A stretch of 62,115 bases of DNA, filler included, from Chiloscyllium plagiosum (lineage: Eukaryota), in the NCBI RefSeq assembly GCF_004010195.1. It is 3 parts of one record of this genome, joined end to end, with 100 filler letters (N's around TTAATTAATTAA, not from the genome) between each part and the next. Parts side by side here need not be neighbours in the genome. Positions count along the whole stretch, not along the records: positions 23,817 to 54,468 come from NC_057717.1; positions 54,569 to 62,115 come from NC_057717.1; 1 more part is not named here. One strand, 5' to 3'. This document shows, in pieces, positions 52,379 through 62,115 of this stretch (position 1 is its first letter; every line of letters begins with the position of its first letter). Both the position numbers and the translations under genes were made by a program. The notes under the pieces are model-generated. The model made no database searches. It was not told the DNA's origin and saw only the letters and a program-made list of their open reading frames with translations.

Positions 52379-54468
52379 GGCTTCCGCGAGAGGGAGGTTT
52401 TGCAGGCAGTCTCAATACGCCTCTCAAAACCCATCGGAAAACCCAATAATGAATGTGGAAGTAGTGGGGCAACTCATCTTCTTTCTGGTGGATTCCGGGG
52501 CCACCCACCCGTCTGTGCCTCCCTCTGCAGAACTTTCCCCGAGCTCCAAGTCTGTCCGTACTGTAGTGGTTTTGGGAGTGCCCATGACAGAGCCACTCTC
52601 CTAACAAGTGAAATTTAGTATCGGACCACCCACTGTCCCTGATGCGGCCATCATCTCTGCTACTTGCCCAATCGCCCTACTGGGCTGATAGACGTTGTGC
52701 AAACTAAATGCCAGCATTTACTGTTCCCCAGAGGGCCTCACACTGGAGATCCCGGACACCCAATATTCCATGTTGCGGGTGACAATCACCTGCAGCCCGG
52801 AACTCCCGAATCAGCCAAGCCCCTGCTATGCCTGGTCCTGCCCCATCACCCCTACCTACTTTCTTTTTGAACCCCGTGTTTCCCTGTTATCAACGGCCCC
52901 TTAATCTCCCACTTTAAATTTCCTCCGCTGGGTGATACTGATAAGCCACTTTGTCAGTTTCACTGTACACCTTCTGACCCACAGGAACCGGCATCAGCAT
53001 ATGCTGCACTCGCGGACCCTCATCTCATCCTCACCTCCCCGCTAGCACTCACTGGCCTGTACTTTGTGGGACCACAGGGAGTGGCAGCAGAGGTACAACT
53101 TGACAGGCAATAGGTTGCCCTGTTCTGCGCCAGCCCGCCGGCTGTTCCATACATTCGACTCATTGTTAAAAGCCCAAGGGTTCCAAAGGACTTAGGCCAC
53201 ATGATGGTGCGCCTAAAGGGGCGGCCCCTCCACTTCACACCCCTCGGTCAAGCTCCCACCCATCTAATAGAGATTGCCTAACTTGAGTTGAAGGCGTTCC
53301 GTGTGCGCTGTGTTCCTGCAACACTCCAGGCCACTTTCACCAAGCTACCCTCAGACACTGTTCCCTTCTACGAGAACTCCCTATTGCTAGCAGACCTCCC
53401 GACCTCACTGTGAGCACATCACCCCAAACCACGCAGGCGAGGTGAAGTCTGTCCACACATTGTCACACTCAAACATGGAGCCATACTGCCACCTACCCGG
53501 CAATATCCACTGTCGCCGGCAGCAGGAGACGGCATCAAGCCAGTGATTGACTCCCTCCTGCAGCAGGGTATCCTAATTCCAACAATCAGCCCCTGCAATA
53601 CACCAATCCTACCCACCCCAAAACCTGGGAGGTCAGGAAAGTGCCGCTTTGTTCGAGATCCCATAGACGTTAATTTTCATTCCCCGCTCTCCAGTGGTCC
53701 CGGACACTTATGCCATCCTCCCCAGTATCCCTGATCCCGCCACCCGTATCTCTGTATTCGACCTCTACTCAGCCTTTTTCTCCATCAAATTGTTCCCTGA
53801 GAATCAGTACATTTTCGCTTGTACATACGGCGGCTATATGGACCAGACTTCCCCAAGGTTACACGGAGAAGCCCACAGTGTATGCCCCTGCATTACACCA
53901 TGCCCTCTCTACTTTACACCTGCCATGCAACAGCATCCTCCTGCAATATGCGGATGATTTGTTACTAGCCTCCACCTCCGCGGAATCATGCATGCAGTAC
54001 ATTGTCACATTGCTCTGCTCCCTGGCATCTGACCGAAACAGAGTTTCCATAGAAAAGATGCGATTCTGCCAGCACACGGTTCAGTATTTGGGGTATGAAC
54101 CCTCACATGGCCTCAGGGCACTATCCAAAGAAAGAATCGCAGCTACCACTCAGCTCCACGCTCCAACCACAAAAACTCAGCTACAGGCTTTCCTGGAGAT
54201 GGTGAGTTCTTGCAGGCACTGGATCCCAGACCACCATGCCATTCAATAGCTCCTACGGGAGGCAGCCTCAACAGAGAAGCCCGCAAAAGTAAACTGGACA
54301 CAAAGGATTGAACGGACATTCAGTGAATTAAAACGTGGATTCGTGTCTGCTCCTGCTTTGGCTGTTCTAGTCTACACTAACCCCTTCTACCTATATGTTA
54401 ATGCATCCAAGTGATTTACATCCGAACACAACTACATGGGGATCTGCGGTGCCCTGTTGCATTTTACT
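52379..54468 (+). pseudogene. pol: ERV-C pro-pol (partial)
   Basis: FLVDSGAT, SPCNTPILP, DLYSAFFSI, WTRLPQGY, QYADDLLLAS, VQYLG. Confidence 0.9.
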
Positions 54469-54568
54469 NNNNNNNNNNNNNNNNNNNNNNNNNNNNNNNN
54501 NNNNNNNNNNNNTTAATTAATTAANNNNNNNNNNNNNNNNNNNNNNNNNNNNNNNNNNNNNNNNNNNN
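54469..54568. other. Assembly join: N block containing TTAATTAATTAA
   Basis: Same artificial spacer as 23717-23816. Confidence 0.9.
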
Positions 54569-55169
54569 TTTTTTAGCATTTTGGGGCATAATTTAAACTG
54601 ATTGGTTGATTTCGAATTTCAGTGTAAACGCCGCAGAACCTGAGTTTAAGGTCAAATGTTACATTTTCAAATTCACCAGTACAACCTCTGCCTGCAGTCA
54701 GTTGCATGACAGGCTTGCCAGCTTTTCAAACTTCCCTGCCTCTTTCCGGTACAGTTCATTCCTTCAACTCGAAAGCACCGCTACCTGGAGAGAGACTGTC
54801 ATTTAAAACACTCTATCTCAAACGTTCCTTTACCTAATGAATCATCTCAGCAGCAAGAGACTGAAGGCTACCCAAGGAGATCTGTTGCTGAAAGAAGACA
54901 GCCGGCAATAACGACTGTCGCTGCTTGGTTTTGAAAAATAATTTGCTGTCAATTTAATAGAGGCTTTTATTGGATCAACATATTGTCGAAATGTTGGAGG
55001 TAGATAACAGACAGTTCAGAGAAAGGAGATTATAAACCGAAAATAGTTGTTGAATAAAGTTCAAATTTAACGTTAAAGAATAAAATTGATATTTTTGAAT
55101 AGTAGAATTTGAAATGTTCTCTGTCACTCATACTTGAACAGATTACAATGTAATTTGAGCCTTTGAGTG

Positions 55170-58100
55170 CTTTGTTTCATGATCAGAAGAGTTCACTGCT
55201 GTGTCACAATAAAAGTCTTCGCTCCAGCAAGAACCGTGAACATTTACCCACTCCGTTCCATTCGCAACGTACTGTGATCTCCTCCTGGTCTTGTTCCTGC
55301 AGGAGAACACGTTGACTCTATCGCCACTCTGTTGCCACAGCAACTGCTTGTGCCTAAGGTCCATTCTATTCCCTGAGTAATGGACTGTGGACTAATCCCC
55401 ATTCTTTTCACCCAGCAATTCGCAGCAATCGAATCCCCACTCCATTTTCATTTCTGCAAACTGTGAAACCATCTCCAGGATATTCTCCCAGCGACATCCT
55501 GTGGACAAAATCATACACTCTTCTCCTTGCAAACGCCTGGGATCCGAGAACAACTTTATTTCACTCGCAACAGCCCGTGAACGGATTCGCACTCTGTTCC
55601 CAGAGCAACGGCCTGTGAACACATCAACTCTACTCTGATCGCAACATTCTGTGAACTAATATCTGGAATGTTCTCTGGACAACGGACTGGGAATAATTTT
55701 CCATTCTGTTACCGAGCAATGGCTTGCGAACTCATCCCCTTCTCCAAGCAACAGCCGATTTATCTATGTCAATTCTGTTACCCCAGCAACAACTTGTGAA
55801 ACCATAACAACACTTTTATTTCCTAACAGCTGTCTTAGATCCCATCCTCGTGTTGTTCCACTTGCAATGCTCTGTGATCCCGTTCCTGCTCTGGCAACTC
55901 AGCAATGGCCTGTTAAACTGTTTGAACTCTGTTTTCCTGGCAACAGCCTGTGAACTCATCCCCTCTCTGTCTCCCTAACCATACCTTATGAACATATCCA
56001 TACCCTTTTCTCCCAGCAACGAGCTGTCAACCAATCCCAACTCTATTCTCCCAGCAACTGCCTGTCCACTCATCTCCACTATTTGTTCTAGCAGTGGCCG
56101 AAGAACCATCCTCACTTATTCTCCCAGAAGTGCCATGTGAACCAATCTCCACCGTACTCGCCTCACAGTAATTTTTGACTCCCTTGCCGCTTTGTAACAT
56201 AAGCAACTGCCTGCGATCTCATTCTCAGTCTGTTTCGTCACAGGAGCGTGTGAACGCATTCCAGCACTGTTCCCCTGCAAAGACCTATGATGCCATCTCC
56301 AGCCTGTTCGCCTAGCGACGGCCTGTGAGCATACCCCCACATATTTCCATTAAAAGTGGACTGTGAACCCACACCAGCACTGGTTTTAGAAACGACATGA
56401 TAACCTATCGCACTCTGTTTCCTTAGCAAGAATCTATGAACCAAGCCCCGCTCTTTTCGCCAAGCAACTGCCTTTGAACACATCACAACATTTATTCCGA
56501 GCCACAGCCTGCGAACTCAATCTTAGCCTATTCTATTATTAACAACCTATGAATCCGACCCCAGCCAGTTCGCCTGGCGATGGTCTGTGAATCCATCTTC
56601 ACTCTGTACTACTATAAACGGCCTATGACATTACCTTCAGTCTCTTCTTTGTTCAACATATTGTGAACCCATCCAGTTTCAATTTTCCCTGCAACAGACT
56701 GTGAAACCATCCCCGCTCTGTTCCCCTAGGAACAGCCAATGAACAACATCCTCACCCGGTTCTTCTAGCAACGGCTGTTCGACTCTTGGCAACAACGTGT
56801 GACTCCCACCGCAGTCTCTTCCTCTTGCAACGGTTTGAATCCATTTCCACTGCTGTTCTCCTACCAACTACCTTCATTCTGTCCTCCGAACGACGGATAG
56901 TGAATCCCCGCTCTGCAACAGGAGCAATAGCTTATGATCCTATTCCCACTCTGCTTCCTATCAGCGGACTTTGATTCTATTCCCACTCTGTTCTCCCAGC
57001 AACTACCTGTGAACGCATCTCTACACTGCTCCGCCAAAGGAGGCCCGTGAAACCAGCCCGAGACTGCTCTCCGAGAAACGGCCAGATAACCTATCTTAAC
57101 TCTTTTACCCGAGCAAGAGCTTCTGAAACCTTCCCCGTTCTGTTCTCCAAGCAACAGCATGTGATGAAATTTATTTTGTTTGATACTGGTCTGTGTACCC
57201 ATTCCAAGACGTTTCCTCCAGCAACTCCCTGTGAATACATTTCACTTCTGTTCTCCTTGCACTGGCCTGTGAATCCATCCCCAGCCTGTTCTCCAAACAA
57301 TATCCTGTAAAGGCATCCACACACTCTTCCCCAATAAAGGTCTATAAATCCATTCCAACTCTGTTCTCCTAGCACTGGACTCCAAACCCGACCTGATTCT
57401 ATTCTCCTTGCAATGACCTGTGAACACATATCCACGCTGTTCTGCCTGCAACGTACTGTGAATCCATATGCTAAGAAATGCTTGTCAACGTCTCTCAAAT
57501 CTGTTCCCTGCCTATTCTGATTTCCTAGCAAAGGCTTGTTAGCAGATCCTCACTCTGTTCCCCGAACAATGGAGTGTGAACACATCCACACACTTATTCC
57601 CGAGCAACGGGCTGTGAGCCCATGCCCACGCTCTTCTCCGAGAAACTGTCTGTTCCCAATCCTCATTTTGTTTCCAAACCAGCAGCCTGTTAAGCTCAGT
57701 CAAACCTGATCTCCCAGCAAGGGCCTGTGAACTAATTCCCAATCTGTCCTCCTAACAACTGCCTTCGAACCCATCCAAACTTTGTTTTCGTTGCAAAGAC
57801 CTGTCAATGCAATCCCACTCTGTTCGTTAAAAATGCCCTGTGAACGTATATCCAATATGTTCTCCGTGAACATCATAACACCCTTGGCCCTTTTTGTATA
57901 TCTAGAAACGGCCTTTGACCAATCCAACGCAGTTCTTCAAGCAACTGCCTGTGATCCTATCCCCACATTGTTCCCAGAACAACGGGCTGTGACAACATCC
58001 CCACTATGTAACCTTAGCTACAGTCCGTGAAACTATTCGCAACTTCTTCTCCCAGCTCGGGCCTGTGAACAGGTTCTCAATCTGGTTTCCGATAATGGCT

Positions 58101-58330
58101 TGTTTCCCTCTCCCATTTGGTTTCCCCAGCAACTGTCTATGGATCATTCCCCACTCTGTTCATCTCATATGTAACTGTTTGTTCTACTGTGGTTTTAACT
58201 CAGGCCGATTGATTTACCTCTGTTCTGTTGACCTCGCAACAGTTTGTGACCTTATTCCGGCTCTGTTCCACCAGTAAGGGTGTGAGAACCCATCCCAATT
58301 CAATTCGTCTCGCAACAACATGTAAATCAT
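55170..58330. repeat. Degenerate ~38-bp tandem satellite, about 80 units
   Basis: Consensus approx. GCAACGGCCTGTGAACCCATCCCCACTCTGTTCTCCCA; TGTGAA anchors at 57230, 57268, 57306. Confidence 0.9.
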
Positions 58331-58827
58331 CACGTTCCCGTTCCCTTCGCAAGTCAGAATAAGGGTGACGACAAGCGAGAAAGACAGTGAGCTGGAGTGG
58401 GAGAGGATGAAGTAGAATGGGGGGAGGTGTGTGAGATCGGTCGCAAAAGGAAGGAGTCAAGGAGTCAAAGATGAAAACGCAAATCTTGAGCTTGGGCTTC
58501 GGTCCCCTCCAGTTATCTGAGGATCAGGAATTGCAACTCAGTCTGTCGCTCTCAGCTCAGCTTCTTCAGTGCAACGGCAAAAAAACAATATAGTTGACCC
58601 TGGCACTTATACCTTTAATCAAACATTTTTATTAATTACAAATTAATTTCACAAACAGTGCACATTCTCACTGGTTGCTGGGGTGAAACAAGTATTGAGA
58701 TGTGTTTCCGTAACCCCGATGGGTTAAAGTTGGAGAATCCAACACTACCCACAATTTGTTACCATAGCGACAGGCTGCTTTATTGCTGAAACATTAATCA
58801 GCTATGGGAAAATCCTGGATGAAATTA

Positions 58828-59735
58828 TTAATGAGAGAATTTCAGCAACTGATGAATTTGGGTAAACGGATATTTCATCACCTTCTTCAGCTGCTGTCTG
58901 AACTTAGTCTGAGTTATGGCATAAATAGCTGTATTTGTGCAGCAACCGAGGAGCTGCAGCGTGAAACCGAGCCGCAGCAAAAACCAGTATGGACGGATTA
59001 TCTTATACCCCAAATACCGCAACCGTTTCCATATAACAAACGTCGTTAACGGAGACCATAGCAGGATGAAATTGGCCGAGATCACAAACATTAAAATAAC
59101 AGATTTTTTTCGATTTTGCATTTTTTTGTCACAATGCGCTTCATCTTTGGTGTGACGCCAGAGTCTCCTGCGGGCTCTGCTACTTACTAAAATATATCTG
59201 ACGGTGAAAACATTGAGCAACAGAATCAGGATAAATGGAAGAACAGGGGTTAGAAAATGGTGAAGAAACTCAATTGAGACCCAGACACGGGAATAAAAAA
59301 CATATCTTGGAGCTTTACAAAACCAGGGAGAGTTCCCAAGCCGATACTCACCCAAGAGCATAAAATACCAGAAAATGTTCTTTAAAACGCTCAGCACGGT
59401 CACTGTTCCCAGAACCGCTGTCGCTGTTTTCTCACAGCAATATTTATTTTTCATTTGCTGGCAACAAATGGCCACAAATCGATCAAAAGTGAAAGCTACA
59501 GTGAACCAGACAGAACAGTCAGTGGCTGCATAAAGTAGGACAGCGTGGATATTACACACCGGGATGAACTTCACGAAATAAAACTGTTCATAATAAACAA
59601 AGGGAATGTGTCTCAAAATGAGGTCGAATATTATGACCAGGAGATCTGCGACTGCCATGGCCCCCAGGTACCGACTGGTACACGGAGACAATCCACAATC
59701 TTTACAAAGCTGCACGTAGATGGTCAGGACGTTAA
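58828..59735 (-). CDS. Class A orphan GPCR, GPR139/GPR142-like, main coding exon (end of TM1 to stop)
   Basis: Open ~301 codons: YLGAMAVADLL, C..H, SVWFTVAFTFDRFVAIC, LTPVLPF, ANFILLWSP, CCTNTAIY; pyrimidine tract + AG acceptor at 59736-59737 in phase 1; exon 1 not seen in window. Confidence 0.9.
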
Positions 59736-60307
59736 CTGTGAAGGAGGAAAACATATAAATTATACATGAACCTTGTGGAAACGTCACCCATTTTATTGAG
59801 GACAGAGAAGTCTTAAAAATGTCACTGTATTCAGTGTTTTAATTTCGTAATTGAAGTAACAAATGGTATCATGTGAATTATTGACAAACATGTGATGAAA
59901 AACATAGAAAACCCTGTCACCACACACATCCTGAATGATTATCTTCCTGTTCCCTGAGTACAAACGGAAGTTAGAAATCTATGTCATTTATTTAAATTGT
60001 GATCCATCATGTATTGGGAACAAACGTAAATGCAGGGAAACCACAATCATCCATTTAACTGCCCGAGGAGACTTCGAAAGTGTGTAGCTTTCTATATTGA
60101 TACGAACCTATTCCCTTTCGATGTTGTCTTTTCTTCAATTAACTGACGTCCCGCTGTCCAAAATCATGCCAGTTGTGGAACTTTCTGGAGAATATCTGTC
60201 ACAGAATGCACCAGATAATGTCTGGTATGCATTTTTCTGGAGAATGTCCAGTATACAATGTTGCAGGGAACGTCAGGGAAACAATGTTCTGTAAAATGTC
60301 GATCCTG

Positions 60308-60555
60308 GATTAGATCACAGTGTGGAAACAAGCACTTCTGCCCAACAAGCTCACACTGACCTTCCAAAGAGTAACCCACCCAGACCCATTCCCATACGCT
60401 CTCTTTACCCCTTACTAATGCACCACACACTAAGAGCAATTTAGCATGTTCGATTCAACTGGCCTGCACATCATTGGATTGTGGGAAGAAACCGAAGCAC
60501 CTGGAGGAAACACGCGCAGACACGAGGAAAAAGTGCAAACTACGCCTTGACATAT
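60308..60555 (-). mobile_element. Degenerate HE1-type SINE
   Basis: GATTAGAT tail, ACAGTGTGGAAACA, similarity to 15962-16265. Confidence 0.7.
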
Positions 60556-60659
60556 GAACGCCATGTCTCTACGGCGGGAGTGGCGGCCTGGATTGGAAAC
60601 CAGGGGGCTATCGCGATGGAAAAATCTTCATTTTATAATTTACTTTGCAGTAGTAGTAG

Positions 60660-62115
60660 CCGGCATTTCTACAACAGGAGCAGTATGCTTGGAAAGCGAA
60701 ATAGACATTTCAAATTTACCAGAGGGCAGATGCTTCTGGAACTGGTCAGTTTTCCACCACTTCGTCCCTGCTGAAAACACTTGCAGGAAGTGCACCCATC
60801 TCCAGCTCCTCCATGACCGTGTTAGGGAACTGGAGCTGGAGTTGGATGAACTTAGGATCATTCGGGAGGCATAGGGGGTCATAGATCGCAGCTTTAGGGA
60901 AGCAGTAACTCCAAAGATGGCAGATAGGTGGGTGACAGTGAGGGGGACTGGGAGGAAGCAGCCAGTGCAGGGACCCTCTGCGGCCGTTCCCCTCAAGAAC
61001 AAGTATACCGTTTTGGATACTTGTGGGGGGGACGACTTACCAGGGGCAAGTAACGGGGCTCAGGCCTCTGGCACGGAGCCTGTCTCCGTTACTCAGAAGG
61101 GAAGTGTGGAGAAGAGCAGAGCAATACTAATTGGGGACTCGATAGTTCGGAGCACAGATAGGAGGTTTTGTGGGAACGAGAGAGACTCACGTTTGGTATG
61201 TTGCCTCCCAGGTGCAAGGGTACGTGATGTCTCTGATCGTGTTTTCCGGGTCCTTAAGGGGGAGGGGGAGCAGCCCGAAGTCGTGGTCCACATTGGCACC
61301 AATTACATAGGTAGGAGGAGAGCTGAGGATGTTAGGAAGGCTTTCAGGGAGCTAGGTTGGAAGCTCAGAGTTAGAACGAACAGAGTTGTTGTCTCTGGTT
61401 TGTTACCCGTGCCTCGTGATAGAGAGTCGAGGAATAGGGAGAGAGAACAGTTAAATGCGTGGCTACAGGGATGGTGCAGGAGGGAGGGATTCCGGTATTT
61501 GGATAACTGGGGTTCTTTCTGGGGAAGGTGGGACCTCTATAAACAGGATGGTCTACACCTGAACCTGAGGGGCACCAGTATCCTTGGTGGGAGGTTTGCT
61601 CGTGCTCTTGGTGGGGGTTTCAACTAACTCTGCAGGGGCATGGGAACCCAGACTGTAGCTTTAGGGTGCAGGACCTGGAGTGTAGGGAGGTTAGGAACAT
61701 GGCATCAATTTCAAAGGAGGGTGCCCGTAAACAGGAAAGTGGTTTGAAGTGCGTATACTTCAATGCAAGAAGTATACGAAATAAGGTAGGTGATCCTGCA
61801 GCGTGGGTTGGTACCTGGGACTTCGATGTTGTGGCTATTACGGAGACATGGGTAGAACAGGGACAGGATTGGCTGTTGCAGGTTCCAGGGTTTGAATGTT
61901 TTAGTAGGGTCAGAGGTGGGGATAAAAGAGGGGGAGGTGTGGCATTGCTTGTCAAAGACAGTATTACAGCTGTGGAAAGGACGATAGATGAAGACTCGCC
62001 ATCTGAGGTAGGTTAGGAATAGGAAAGGTGAGCTCACCCTGTTAGGAGTTTTTTACAGGCCTCCTAATAGTCCTAGAAACGTAGAAGAAACGATTGCGAG
62101 GATGATTCAAGAGAA
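60660..62115 (+). mobile_element. CR1 LINE 5' portion (ORF1 zinc/leucine zipper + esterase, start of ORF2 endonuclease)
   Basis: CRKC..LLHDRVRELELELDEL, IGDSIV, VVHIGTN, DGLHLN; YFNARSIRNK, ITETW; stop at ~60872 in ORF1. Confidence 0.9.

Larger units (their letters stand above)
49134..54468 (+). mobile_element. ERV-C: 5' LTR, gag, pro, 2H-like domain, RT; truncated at assembly join
   Basis: LTR TGTGGGA..TCCGACA (49134-49736), degenerate Ser-like PBS ~49740, protein motifs below. Confidence 0.9.

Noticed and set aside
55143..58277. ORFs across the satellite as a repeat protein
   Set aside because: The 38-bp period is not a multiple of three, stops are frequent and no frame is conserved
55170..58330. 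CRISPR-like array
   Set aside because: Contiguous degenerate units with no unique spacers, no cas genes, vertebrate context
59736..59787. ORF-track N-terminus MTFPQGSCIIYMFSSFT of the GPCR
   Set aside because: Non-ATG start; it is intronic pyrimidine tract before an AG acceptor
60917..61627. Host SGNH esterase gene
   Set aside because: It is CR1 ORF1, directly followed by LINE endonuclease sequence

Overview
Eukaryotic, repeat-dominated genomic DNA. It is most likely from a cartilaginous fish (shark), inferred from HE1-type SINEs, HER1/CR1 LINE tails and GPR139/142-like receptors. No prokaryotic genes, rRNA/tRNA genes or CRISPR arrays are seen. Contents: many CR1-clade LINE copies and fragments; nested Ty3/Gypsy (Gmr1-like) elements; Penelope-like element ends carrying hammerhead-ribozyme motifs; and four decayed fish-type (epsilon/gamma-like) endogenous retrovirus segments. 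ERV-A (23817-33071, +) and ERV-B (39686-47943, -) are two arms of one ~11 kb inverted duplication that also includes their shared 3' flank. ERV-C (49134-54468, +) is a related lineage. ERV-A, B and C all carry a 2H-phosphoesterase-like domain between protease and RT. The fourth is a pol fragment at 8.9-10.9 kb. Host genes: one open GPR139/142-like GPCR main exon (58828-59735, -), a second partial one at the inversion centre, and two dead first exons inside a 1.4 kb tandem duplication. A ~38-bp satellite spans 55.2-58.3 kb. Two N gaps contain an artificial TTAATTAATTAA linker, so adjacency across them is not trustworthy. All family assignments come from motif recognition by eye, not database searches, and most boundaries are approximate.
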